Source: a virus. From it: 64,000 bases of DNA. The DNA is taken from the IMG/VR virus record IMGVR_UViG_3300027788_000008, positions 1 through 64,000 of that record, one strand, 5' to 3'. This document shows, in pieces, positions 40,508 to 50,155 of the stretch (position 1 is its first letter; each line of letters opens with the position of its first letter). The notes below the pieces were generated by a model. It ran no database searches. It saw only the letters and a program-made list of their open reading frames with translations, and was not told where the DNA came from. The position numbers and the translations under genes were made by a program.

Positions 40508-42760
40508 ATGCCAACTTTAAAGACAATCCCCGCCTGTGCCACTATTCCATTCGCGCTAAATCCACTCAGCACGGATAAAGAAGATTGGGCATCCAAGAAT
40601 AGTCAAATGGGGAATGTTGTATTGCAACCCGTTACACCAGAAGATGGTGTTGCCAAAAACTACTATGGGTCTATAGATCGCATAGGAAATCACTTAGAGC
40701 AGAGTGATATGTCTTCTATAGGTACGGCCACCGATACAAATTATACGGCAGAAACCGGAGACCACTCAGGAACTACACTTGTAGTTGCTACCCTAACAGA
40801 CAATATCTATCAAAACACCACTACACCCCATAATAATGCAGTGCTCAATTGGGATGGCGAATTCGCCGCCGATGTAGTCTCTTTAGACGATAATGGCGAT
40901 ATCCATGTGATGAATGAGGATGATCTCCTTGCCTATGGTACAAGGTTGCTCCAAAAGAGTTTGGAAACTGAATCCGTCGGTTCATTTCGAATAGCATCAA
41001 ACTACAACGAAGGTGAAGCTGATGGTTCGCCGAATCATCCGGAGGCATTTGAGTCTGATATCGCTGGCACTGGAGGTACATGGGAAAACTGGTCCTCGGG
41101 TTTCATGAACTCCCAATCCGACCCAAAATACAAATACTCGATTTGGCGCAAAACCGCGAATGACCCCGAAACCCCTGCTGGAAAACTTTACAACCCAGAT
41201 GACGTGCCAGAGTTACTAAAAAGATCAAGACCCCTGATTTTGAAAGATACATTTGATTTAGAGGAAATGGACGATTATGCATTTTCTTTCTTCAACGCCT
41301 CATGCACCAACCTAGCTAGATTGAGTACCACGTTAGGTGATATGCTGCTTCTGCCTTCTACGCAAACCCCTGCGGGCAATGGCGAGACTGGAACATGGCA
41401 GACACGCGGTAGTATGAAAGACAGGATCAGGCAGACCACAGATATACAATATACTAGTGCCACCTACAATGGTCCCCAAAACCCTGTAACCTACAACACC
41501 CCATATGAAGGATACTATGCGGGTGTCCGCTTCGTGGACGTTCCTGGTACGTTTCAAGGATACGAGCGTGACAGCTTCGAAGGTACGCGAGATTGGGCGG
41601 GGTCTTATGCTGGATCCAGAAACTTTTCGGGGTCGTATACTGGACAGAGAAACTTTTCACATCAATATGTTGGAACGGGATACTACAATGGACAGAGGAG
41701 GTATCAGGGATCGCGCTCTGCAAATTTCCCTGGACCAAAGCGGTCCTACATTGGACAGGTGGCCACTGGGTTCATCCAGTACATCACCACGACCACCCAG
41801 CGTCCTGACGCTGGCACCTTTTCCGACAGCAGTTTCATCCGTACATATGTCAGTTCCCAGCAATACAGACAGTACCAAAGAAACGTCCAAGGCTCGTTCG
41901 CCGGAATCAAATACTACACTGGAAGTAGGCCATATCTTGGTCGCCGCTATTATCAGGGACGCCGCTATTATGTGGGACCAGGATATTTCAGAGGCAGTTT
42001 CAGAGGCATCGGGAAGCAGATTATGAACCCCCAGCGAGGCGATAATAATCCAGCGATACGGGGGGATGTTCGGATTTTTGACGGTGGTCCCTGGCGGACG
42101 GGTTTCTTTATTGGATATCTCAGCAACTATCATAAGTTTTTATCGAATATCGAACCATTTCTAGGTCAGTGGAAGAATTTCAATTCCCCCCCTCAATCAG
42201 AAAAATTTATCGATCCCAATCACCCATACACAGGAGCGCGCCTCACAAATTTCCCTGGACCAAACTACAGAAGTGTCTGGGCATTTTATAATGGATTTCG
42301 GCAAACTAATGTAAATACCGTGTCCTATGAAACAGTCTACAGGCAGGTCAACACCCCCTACACTGATGGCATTACCTCTTTCGCCGGCACAAGATTTTTC
42401 AACTATGCTCAAGGGGCATTCTCGAGTCCGGCGAATTCCGAGAACTTTACTAATACTGAACAATACGGCGGTTCCAGACAACGCAATAGATCTTTCGATG
42501 GTTTTAGAACTTATCAGGGAAACTATAGTGGATTTCGAACAAAACCTGGTTCTTATAATGGAACCAGAGCTGCCGACTTTAATGGATTCCGCTCGGAGAG
42601 ATACGAAGCACCTGCTTCGCCATATACAGGAACATATCAATCTCAGAGAGTGGTACAGTATAATACGACATCGAATATCCAGTATACCGGAGAAACCATT
42701 GTCGCAGCGATGAGGACTTTAGAGACTTACACGCTGTACGTCAAGGTATCTGAGACATAA
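40508..42760 (+). CDS. Fibre-like protein with aromatic-x-Gly-x-Arg repeats
   Basis: Many (Y/F)xG(xR) units from about residue 310 to 725. Confidence 0.6.
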   Translation: MPTLKTIPACATIPFALNPLSTDKEDWASKNSQMGNVVLQPVTPEDGVAKNYYGSIDRIGNHLEQSDMSSIGTATDTNYTAETGDHSGTTLVVATLTDNIYQNTTTPHNNAVLNWDGEFAADVVSLDDNGDIHVMNEDDLLAYGTRLLQKSLETESVGSFRIASNYNEGEADGSPNHPEAFESDIAGTGGTWENWSSGFMNSQSDPKYKYSIWRKTANDPETPAGKLYNPDDVPELLKRSRPLILKDTFDLEEMDDYAFSFFNASCTNLARLSTTLGDMLLLPSTQTPAGNGETGTWQTRGSMKDRIRQTTDIQYTSATYNGPQNPVTYNTPYEGYYAGVRFVDVPGTFQGYERDSFEGTRDWAGSYAGSRNFSGSYTGQRNFSHQYVGTGYYNGQRRYQGSRSANFPGPKRSYIGQVATGFIQYITTTTQRPDAGTFSDSSFIRTYVSSQQYRQYQRNVQGSFAGIKYYTGSRPYLGRRYYQGRRYYVGPGYFRGSFRGIGKQIMNPQRGDNNPAIRGDVRIFDGGPWRTGFFIGYLSNYHKFLSNIEPFLGQWKNFNSPPQSEKFIDPNHPYTGARLTNFPGPNYRSVWAFYNGFRQTNVNTVSYETVYRQVNTPYTDGITSFAGTRFFNYAQGAFSSPANSENFTNTEQYGGSRQRNRSFDGFRTYQGNYSGFRTKPGSYNGTRAADFNGFRSERYEAPASPYTGTYQSQRVVQYNTTSNIQYTGETIVAAMRTLETYTLYVKVSET

Positions 42761-42831
42761 AACCCAACAATCTCTAATTGCTCTTTAGTGATTCGCATAT
42801 ATAAGTGTACAATTGAAAACCGGAGAATATT

Positions 42832-43314
42832 ATGACAGTAAAATCAAGAAGATGGGAAGACAATGCATTCTGGCACAACCCTGAAAAGGATATGGCGGAA
42901 GCAATCCTTATATTACAAGACGAATCGAATCGGGAAATTACTCAAGTCCTTACTGTTCGAAAACTTAACGAGGAAGGCGACGAGAATTTAGACTTTTTAG
43001 AACTTATCAACAGTGTTGGTATTGATAAAATTGACCAGAATACTGAAGAAAGAAAGATTCGCAAGGAGAAGGAGAAGGAAGAACATTCTATTCGTGAAGA
43101 GTCAGAAAAAAATGCGAGGGAACTGGAAAGACTCTTTGACTCCAAGATCAAGATGCTTGCCCTAGAAGATATTTCTTCTACAAAAAATAAAGTCCTTAAA
43201 AGCAAGTTGCGTCGATCGAAGAATATAGTCGAACTGAATATGTATGCACAACTGATCATTATGGAAAAAAATGGAATTGGATTCGTAACTTATGATACCG
43301 AGCAAAAAGACTAA
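42832..43314 (+). CDS. Hypothetical protein (possible fibre assembly chaperone)
   Basis: GGAG RBS; charged helical protein directly after the fibre gene. Confidence 0.6.
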   Translation: MTVKSRRWEDNAFWHNPEKDMAEAILILQDESNREITQVLTVRKLNEEGDENLDFLELINSVGIDKIDQNTEERKIRKEKEKEEHSIREESEKNARELERLFDSKIKMLALEDISSTKNKVLKSKLRRSKNIVELNMYAQLIIMEKNGIGFVTYDTEQKD

Positions 43315-44050
43315 AGGTTATCTTATAGTTGCATCCTCAGATGAAATTTATTATCATTGGGCATGCAACCTCCTTGACGGAATAAAAGACTTCTACCCAG
43401 AAGCAAAGATCTGCCTCGTCACAGAACAAAGATTTCTCGATCACAAAGCAGACCAAGCAGATAAAGTTATTATCTGCGAAGACCACTATCGCTCTAAACT
43501 CTGGGGCATGGCTAACACCCCATGGGATCAAACTTTCTACATGGATGCTGATATGGAAATACTGCATGAGGACATCGCCAAGGTGTTTGATGAACAAGGC
43601 GAATCTGACTTGATGTTCTGTGCACTAGAAGAATCCCACTACCACGTATTCATGGGCGGCAAGTTCCCAGGTGGACAGTTCGCACTTGCTGGGGCAGTCT
43701 GCCTGTATCGCAAGAACAAACTTGTTATGGAGTTCATGCAAGACTGGTATGATTTGTATGTCGACCAGCGTGCAGGCAATTGGTGGCCAAAGAATGAATA
43801 TGGACAACCCGATTATAAACTGTATCCAGAAGACTTGGCCATATGGGACCAATTCACTCTTTGGTGGTTGGTTAATAAAGAACCCAAGTATTCATCTCTT
43901 ATTATAGAAACGTTTAAAGACACACTAAAGTGGAACCATTGGTCCACCCTTAACAGGGTAGACTTCCCTTTAAAAGATGACACTGTCCTGTTGCATTTAT
44001 CTGCACGCGCAGCAAAATCGCTTAGTAAGATTGAGATTGATACTATATGA
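43292..44050 (+). CDS. GT-A fold glycosyltransferase-like protein
   Basis: TPWDQTFYMDAD (DxD), WDQFTLW, WN, LLH. Confidence 0.7.
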   Translation: MIPSKKTKGYLIVASSDEIYYHWACNLLDGIKDFYPEAKICLVTEQRFLDHKADQADKVIICEDHYRSKLWGMANTPWDQTFYMDADMEILHEDIAKVFDEQGESDLMFCALEESHYHVFMGGKFPGGQFALAGAVCLYRKNKLVMEFMQDWYDLYVDQRAGNWWPKNEYGQPDYKLYPEDLAIWDQFTLWWLVNKEPKYSSLIIETFKDTLKWNHWSTLNRVDFPLKDDTVLLHLSARAAKSLSKIEIDTI

Positions 44051-44691
44051 TCGACGTGCCTATACTGAATGCTGATTTAAAAACCATACTGGATACATTT
44101 ATCCCTCTGGTTGAATCTATAGACTTTGATAAAGTCTGTCTAACGGACGACATTGTTGATGATTGGTGCAGTGTTGACTATTTAAATCGAATAAAAAAAA
44201 GAGGGCGCACACATGGTGGATATCCAGCAATTCTGAAAGGTACATGTCCAGAATTCAATTCGTTTGACTACAATGACAATGAAGAAAAAACCTCCATTAT
44301 CTCTAGATTTGATAAAGCGGCCCAAGAAATTGCTTCTTGGTCTGGCGCACGTAACCGAGCATTGTGTGCTGTGTATCCCCCAGGAGGTTTTATTTCATGG
44401 CACAATAATGCCAACGCTGCGGGGTATAATGTTCTGTTTACATGGTCTTCAGAGGGTGATGGACAATGGGAACACATAGACCCAATGACCCAAGAACACG
44501 TAGTTATCCCAGACAAGAAGGGTTGGCAATGCAAGTTTGGATATTATGGAACATATGATGAAACTGACAAATTATTGTACCATTGTGCTAGAACAAATTG
44601 CCTGCGCTTCACGATAGCGTTTGTATTCAACGCCGACGAAAGAGGTGAATCTATGGCACAGATGCTGACCGAGGAAATATCTGAATACTAA
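44047..44691 (+). CDS. 2OG-Fe(II) oxygenase-like protein
   Basis: YPPGGFISWHNN...YHCA....RFTIAF. Confidence 0.7.
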   Translation: MIDVPILNADLKTILDTFIPLVESIDFDKVCLTDDIVDDWCSVDYLNRIKKRGRTHGGYPAILKGTCPEFNSFDYNDNEEKTSIISRFDKAAQEIASWSGARNRALCAVYPPGGFISWHNNANAAGYNVLFTWSSEGDGQWEHIDPMTQEHVVIPDKKGWQCKFGYYGTYDETDKLLYHCARTNCLRFTIAFVFNADERGESMAQMLTEEISEY

Positions 44692-44780
44692 ATAAGGTTA
44701 ACAAACCATTCAACGAGAACACTCCCTCCACTGCCTCTGGTACTGTAGGAGGAACGATAAACATAATAGGTGCCTAGTGT

Positions 44781-44897
44781 ATGAGACAAATTACTGTCAA
44801 GAAGAAAGACACTCGAAGAATAGTAGTATCTGATAAACAACTACAAAAAGTTGAGATTAAAGAGAAAGAAACAAGATCGATAAAAATAAAATCCTGA
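44781..44897 (+). CDS. 38-aa basic peptide with 10-aa periodicity (not in ORF track)
   Basis: MRQITVKKKD TRRIVVSDKQ LQKVEIKEKE TRSIKIKS; AGGTG RBS; CTAAATA upstream. Confidence 0.6.
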   Translation: MRQITVKKKDTRRIVVSDKQLQKVEIKEKETRSIKIKS

Positions 44898-44952
44898 ACA
44901 AGTAGTTTGGATAGAGACTAAATAGAGAAAAGAAACCCAGGACTGAACAAAG

Positions 44953-45315
44953 ATGGCACAGTACGAAGATTTAGAAATAGACCAAGGGTCTGATACCAAG
45001 TGGCAAATTAAGATGCTACTGGCAGACGGAACCCCAAGAGACATAACTGGATATACAGTCCGTGGTAATGTCAATAGAAGTTATGATGCAGACAATAGCG
45101 AGATGTTAGCGTTCACAACGAGTCTTGTCGCGCCAGCAACAGGTGGTGTCTTAGAGTTCATGTTAACCAATATACAAACAGATGCAATGACGCGCAGGCG
45201 TTATGTGTATGATCTGGAAGTAGAATACGTCCACCCCTCTAGTGGAGCAACCATTGTAGAAAGAATACTTGAAGGCAACCTTGTTGTTTCCCGAAGTGTT
45301 AGCAAATTTGATTAA
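44953..45315 (+). CDS. BppU-like structural adaptor
   Basis: IDQGSD, DITGYT, RYVYDLE, RILEG. Confidence 0.7.
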   Translation: MAQYEDLEIDQGSDTKWQIKMLLADGTPRDITGYTVRGNVNRSYDADNSEMLAFTTSLVAPATGGVLEFMLTNIQTDAMTRRRYVYDLEVEYVHPSSGATIVERILEGNLVVSRSVSKFD

Positions 45316-45326
45316 GGAGAAATAGA

Positions 45327-45701
45327 ATGGCGGTAACATTATCAGAAACAGCGCGAAACGGTATTGCGGACTATGTCTGTGGGAGGATTAATGATGGAGG
45401 CACCGGTTCTGTCCGATTCTTTACCTCAGGAAATTCTTTGGTTGCAAAATTAAATTTTTCTGACATCGCGTTTCAACCAGCAGTAGGAGGAACCGCTGTA
45501 AATAACCCCATTTCCCCCGATGCGTTTACACTTGGCGGGGTGATCGACACATTCAAAGTATTCTCTGGCGGCGGAATAGAGATATTTGGAGGTACATGTA
45601 GCGCAATATCTGGCGGTGGCGACATTGAGTTATTTACTCTTACGATCACACCAAACGATGTTGTCGATCTCAGTCGACTTACTTTCTCAGCACCATCATA
45701 A
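45327..45701 (+). CDS. Small beta-rich virion protein
   Basis: TAAGGAG RBS; LSETARN...GGGDIEL. Confidence 0.6.
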   Translation: MAVTLSETARNGIADYVCGRINDGGTGSVRFFTSGNSLVAKLNFSDIAFQPAVGGTAVNNPISPDAFTLGGVIDTFKVFSGGGIEIFGGTCSAISGGGDIELFTLTITPNDVVDLSRLTFSAPS

Positions 45702-45707
45702 AAACCC

Positions 45708-46205
45708 TTGATAGATTTTCGCGGCAAAAAGTGGGATAATTTCGGCAAGGAGTTTATGTCACGGAATTCAAGTTTGTCCCACTGGGAATGCGATAAATAC
45801 TTCGTCGGAACCGCATATGACCAAATATTCTTTATGGTTCTTTTCAAATACAAACCGAACGATTTAGTCGAGACTAGTGTCAAGACTAGTGTCATTGCAG
45901 ACTGGGACGCAGTACGACTTTGTGGGTTTGATTATAAGCAGAAAATTAAACTAAGAGACATTGCAATTTACGCAGCTGGAAATTATTTCTTTGAAACCCT
46001 CGGACATAACCATGGATATGGGTTCATAAAGAAAACAGACAAGAAGGTCATAAAGTTGATTGATCGTATCAATGAAGCACCTATGGAAGAAAGTGGTCTC
46101 AGTAGTCCATCAGGCGTGCCATTAATGCGATGGGACTTTTACAAAGAGGATTTTAGGAGGGGTGTGCTCTTAGATCGCGCAAAGAAGGCAATATATAACT
46201 TTTGA
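45708..46205 (+). CDS. Hypothetical protein, possibly GNAT-like (start TTG 45708 or ATG 45756)
   Basis: YFFETLG..GYGFIKKTDKKVIKL weakly resembles the RimJ-type GNAT C-half. Confidence 0.45.
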   Translation: MIDFRGKKWDNFGKEFMSRNSSLSHWECDKYFVGTAYDQIFFMVLFKYKPNDLVETSVKTSVIADWDAVRLCGFDYKQKIKLRDIAIYAAGNYFFETLGHNHGYGFIKKTDKKVIKLIDRINEAPMEESGLSSPSGVPLMRWDFYKEDFRRGVLLDRAKKAIYNF

Positions 46206-46206
46206 T

Positions 46207-47595
46207 ATGAAATTTTTTATATGTAATGATAGATCCAAATTCACTAAACTGCAACCTGAGAATTATGGTGGGTGGTTTTTTATACGCGAACCCGACGTTG
46301 AAATTTGGGAAGGCGAAGACTGTATTGTTCTATATTGCGGTTACCTGATTGAAGGAGACATACAAGAAGTTTGTAAGGAATTTAGTTTTAAAGAAGCGAA
46401 CGGAAACTTCTTTGCAGTTAAACTGACAAAGGATAATTATGAGATATCAGTAGACTATTTTCAGAACCATAAACTATTTGTATCCACCAAATACGGGACA
46501 GAAATAAGCAACCACATCCCTTATATGACGATCGAAGACATAGACCACACTAGGATATGGGTTGAATCGGATGATTATGGTCGTGAGTATTCTGATGCTG
46601 CCCGCACAACCTACTATGATCACATCTCAATATTCAACCCCCAATATAATTACATACAAGATGCCAAAGATTCTCATGCTCAAGAAGTCTGGCAAGACCT
46701 TGATGAACTCACCGAATACATACACCAATGTATGCAGCACCACTCAGAAGTAATCAAAGAAAAGTATCCGTTACGATACTGTTCTCTCAGTGAAGGAATA
46801 GACTCTGCCTTGCAATCAGTTTTCTTCCCTGAAGACCTCCAACTTCTCTATACTGTAGACACAGCAGATTCAGAGCAACATTATGATTTGATCAAACTTG
46901 CACAAAACAACTTTCCTAACACAAACAGATACACATACAAATCAAGACGGAACCGTAAAGATTGCTTAACCCATCTGATAGATTCTTCCTGTCGCTGGAC
47001 GTCGATAATCCCTACATTCAGACATCTTAACATGCAAAAAATTAAACCTGATATTTTTATGTATGGGGTTAATGGTAATGAAATGTTTGTTAGAGATTTG
47101 ATACCGCACGTGCTCGTATTATTTTTAAAATACTATAGTAGTGATACGTCTTCAATGATAGATAAGATTAAATCTGACATTTATGATAAAGGTGATATGT
47201 ATGGTTCCGCATACACTAACTCTGTCGACTACGATTTTGAAGGAACTGTCGATACATGTATAGAAATGTACAGAGGTTTGTCATACGAGGAAATCGAAGA
47301 TATTTTGATGATACTCTCTACACCCAAATTATACACGCGCACTATATCCAGTAACAACAACGTCCTTTCTGCATCATTATATAATGACAGGAGAATATTT
47401 CACGAGGTTATGAAAGGTAGAAATGACTGGTTAGAAACCAATGCAATGGATGCACCGATCATGCGCGCAATACTGGATAAATATGACTACAACTTTGTCA
47501 CCCCAAGGAATTGCACTCTTAGTGCTGACTATGAACAACTGAATTACACCGCACATGAGGCAACTGTAGAACGAGACATTAGACAAAATATATAA
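46207..47595 (+). CDS. Asparagine synthetase-like ATP-dependent amide ligase
   Basis: SLSEGIDS (PP loop), YGVNGNEMF, N-terminal NGNFFAV..VDYF; no Cys at position 2. Confidence 0.7.
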   Translation: MKFFICNDRSKFTKLQPENYGGWFFIREPDVEIWEGEDCIVLYCGYLIEGDIQEVCKEFSFKEANGNFFAVKLTKDNYEISVDYFQNHKLFVSTKYGTEISNHIPYMTIEDIDHTRIWVESDDYGREYSDAARTTYYDHISIFNPQYNYIQDAKDSHAQEVWQDLDELTEYIHQCMQHHSEVIKEKYPLRYCSLSEGIDSALQSVFFPEDLQLLYTVDTADSEQHYDLIKLAQNNFPNTNRYTYKSRRNRKDCLTHLIDSSCRWTSIIPTFRHLNMQKIKPDIFMYGVNGNEMFVRDLIPHVLVLFLKYYSSDTSSMIDKIKSDIYDKGDMYGSAYTNSVDYDFEGTVDTCIEMYRGLSYEEIEDILMILSTPKLYTRTISSNNNVLSASLYNDRRIFHEVMKGRNDWLETNAMDAPIMRAILDKYDYNFVTPRNCTLSADYEQLNYTAHEATVERDIRQNI

Positions 47596-47613
47596 CTGCG
47601 TGCTTTCTGGATG

Positions 47614-47621
47614 TATAAATA
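47614..47621 (+). promoter_or_regulatory. Late promoter
   Basis: TATAAATA before gp13. Confidence 0.8.
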
Positions 47622-47647
47622 GAACTAAACACTGAAGGACGAGAAGA

Positions 47648-48412
47648 ATGGCAGTTATAGCAACGAGACAAGGTCTTATCGATTATTCTCTTAGGAGATT
47701 GGGAGAACCTGTTATCGAAATTAACGTCGACGAAGATCAAATAGAAGATAAAGTCGATGATGCATTGCAGGTGTATCAAGAGTTTCACGATGATGCCACT
47801 ATTCGTCTATACTATGAGCACGTGATGACCTCTGCTGATATAACGAATAAGTATATCACCATACCAAGCAGCATCTTGTATGTAACCAAAATGTTTCCTG
47901 TTAACACCTCCATGGTACAGAGTTCGAACTTCTTTTCATTCCAGTACCAGTTTGCGATGAGCGACATGCAAAATATGACAGGTGCTGGTGGACTGGGTGG
48001 AGGTATGGCATACCTAGAACAAGTTCAGCAGTTTATGTCTCTCATTGATATGAAAATAAATGGACTCCCTCTGATAAATTTCTCTCGGCGGTCCAACCGT
48101 GTCTACCTCCACAGTGATATTTCCGACGGACAGATAAAAGAAGGCGGACATATCGCATTAGAAGTTTACCAGATTGTAGACCCAGCAGTGAACGGTTCTA
48201 TATGGAATGATATGTTTATGAAGGACTACACAACTTCCTTGATCAAAGAGCAGTGGGGTCAGAACATGAGCAAGTTTGAGGGTATGCAACTTCCAGGAGG
48301 TATCACTATCTCTGGCAGACAGATTCTTGAAGAAGCAAAGGGTGAGATAACTGAACTGCGCGAGCGCATGCGACTGGAACAAGAACTCCCACCCGAGTTT
48401 TTTGTAGGTTAA
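47648..48412 (+). CDS. 13: Neck protein gp13
   Basis: LRRLGEPVIEINV, KEQWGQN.SKF.G.QLPGG. Confidence 0.95.
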   Translation: MAVIATRQGLIDYSLRRLGEPVIEINVDEDQIEDKVDDALQVYQEFHDDATIRLYYEHVMTSADITNKYITIPSSILYVTKMFPVNTSMVQSSNFFSFQYQFAMSDMQNMTGAGGLGGGMAYLEQVQQFMSLIDMKINGLPLINFSRRSNRVYLHSDISDGQIKEGGHIALEVYQIVDPAVNGSIWNDMFMKDYTTSLIKEQWGQNMSKFEGMQLPGGITISGRQILEEAKGEITELRERMRLEQELPPEFFVG

Positions 48413-48415
48413 ATA

Positions 48416-49315
48416 ATGGCAACTTCTAGACATTTTAGGCACAACGTTCGGTCAGAACAGAACCTGTATGAAGACCTCATTGTAGAGTCTCTCAAGTTTT
48501 ATGGCACCGACATCTACTATCTTCCACGAGAAGTAGTGTCCCGTGATATGGTATTCAATGATGAAATCCTATCACGCTTTGCCAATGCATATAGCATTGA
48601 GGTATACCTCGAAAACCTTGAGGGGTTTGACGGAGACGGAGATCTGTTTTCGAAGTTTGGTGTGGAGATTCGAGACGCAGCAACCCTATTGATGTCTCGT
48701 CGAAGATGGAACAACGAGATACGAAAGTATCAAGAAACTCCAGAAGAGAAATACTATCGTCCAAGAGAAGGTGATTTGATTCATGTTCCTTTGAGTGGTT
48801 CGACTTTCGAGATAATGAAAGTTGAAGATGAAAACCCATTCTACCAACTCGGAAAATTACCTGTATTCAAGATGCGTTGCGAGTTGTTTGAATTTACTAA
48901 TTCTGATTTTGAGACAGGCGTACCAGAGATCGACGACATAGAAGATTTCACAGCGTACCAGTGGCAGTTGACAATGAACCCTCCTTCTGTTGCATATATT
49001 AAAGGCGAGACTGTCACACAAACCCACAGCACTCACATAATAACTGGTGAGGTTGTGAACTGGCAACCCTCTGATAACATACTTCGCCTCGCCCACGTTG
49101 GCAACAACAAGGGAGACTACAGAGAATTCACAAACTCTATTGCCGTCGTTGGCACAGAGTCGGGTGCTAGTGCCACCCCAACTCTGGTTGAAGAGTTGCA
49201 GGAGATACAACCAGCAAGTCCTGGAGGCGCGAGTGGTAACGTTGACTCATTCAGCGTATCTGCGTTTGAATTCCTCGACTTCAGCGAGACTAATCCCTTC
49301 GGAGGAATCGTATAA
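48416..49315 (+). CDS. 14: Neck protein gp14
   Basis: YYLPRE, SKFG, RPREGDLI, PFYQLG, DFSETNPFG. Confidence 0.95.
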   Translation: MATSRHFRHNVRSEQNLYEDLIVESLKFYGTDIYYLPREVVSRDMVFNDEILSRFANAYSIEVYLENLEGFDGDGDLFSKFGVEIRDAATLLMSRRRWNNEIRKYQETPEEKYYRPREGDLIHVPLSGSTFEIMKVEDENPFYQLGKLPVFKMRCELFEFTNSDFETGVPEIDDIEDFTAYQWQLTMNPPSVAYIKGETVTQTHSTHIITGEVVNWQPSDNILRLAHVGNNKGDYREFTNSIAVVGTESGASATPTLVEELQEIQPASPGGASGNVDSFSVSAFEFLDFSETNPFGGIV

Positions 49316-50112
49316 TGTTCGGCAAGCACTTTTATAATGAGCGTGTACGAAAGTCTGTTGCTGTATTTGGCGCAATGTTTGACAACATATACATTATTCG
49401 TAAACACGGAAGCACAACATACGATCAGATGAAAGTGCCTTTGGCTTATGCTCCCCAACGTAAGTTTCTCGAGCGGATTGCTGAGATGAACAACGGGGAA
49501 GATAACGAAAGGCAACTTGCTATCAAACTACCACGTATGTCATTTGAGATAGTGAACATGCAATATGATGCACAGCGTCAGTTACCGAAGATGAATAGTG
49601 TTTCCAGACCTGGAATGACACCAGGAACTAGACAAAAGTTTCACACCCCAACTCCATACATTATTTCTTTTGAGTTGAGCGTGTATGCCAAGCAACATGA
49701 TGACGCACTACAAGTTGTCGAGCAGATACTACCATACTTTGCTCCACAATATACTCTTTCTGTTAAACCTGTCTCTGACATTGACATAGTTGAAGATGTT
49801 CCTGTCATTTTACAGTCTGTCGCATTCACAGACGACTTTGAAGGCGTTGTTGAGGCAAGGAGAACCATCGTATATACATTACAGTTTGATATGAAGATAA
49901 ACTTCTATGGTCCAAAGGCAAACGACTCTGCGATCATTAACCGAATCGATATGGATTTATATGCCATGGACGGTCCAGTTGGCAATGATTCTGATTATGC
50001 CGAGACAGTGAGGGTCGAAACAAACCCCAACCCTGTTTCGCGTGATTCTGACCACACTATCGTTTCTGACGTACTCGCCACCGACGAATTTGTCCCACAC
50101 CCATTCCAGTGA
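49315..50112 (+). CDS. 15: Tail sheath stabiliser gp15
   Basis: VPLAYAP..KFL, LPRMSFE, QVVEQILPYF. Confidence 0.95.
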   Translation: MFGKHFYNERVRKSVAVFGAMFDNIYIIRKHGSTTYDQMKVPLAYAPQRKFLERIAEMNNGEDNERQLAIKLPRMSFEIVNMQYDAQRQLPKMNSVSRPGMTPGTRQKFHTPTPYIISFELSVYAKQHDDALQVVEQILPYFAPQYTLSVKPVSDIDIVEDVPVILQSVAFTDDFEGVVEARRTIVYTLQFDMKINFYGPKANDSAIINRIDMDLYAMDGPVGNDSDYAETVRVETNPNPVSRDSDHTIVSDVLATDEFVPHPFQ

Positions 50113-50155
50113 GAACCCCTATATACTCTCTGTATGCTAAAGGAATCTGATTGTT

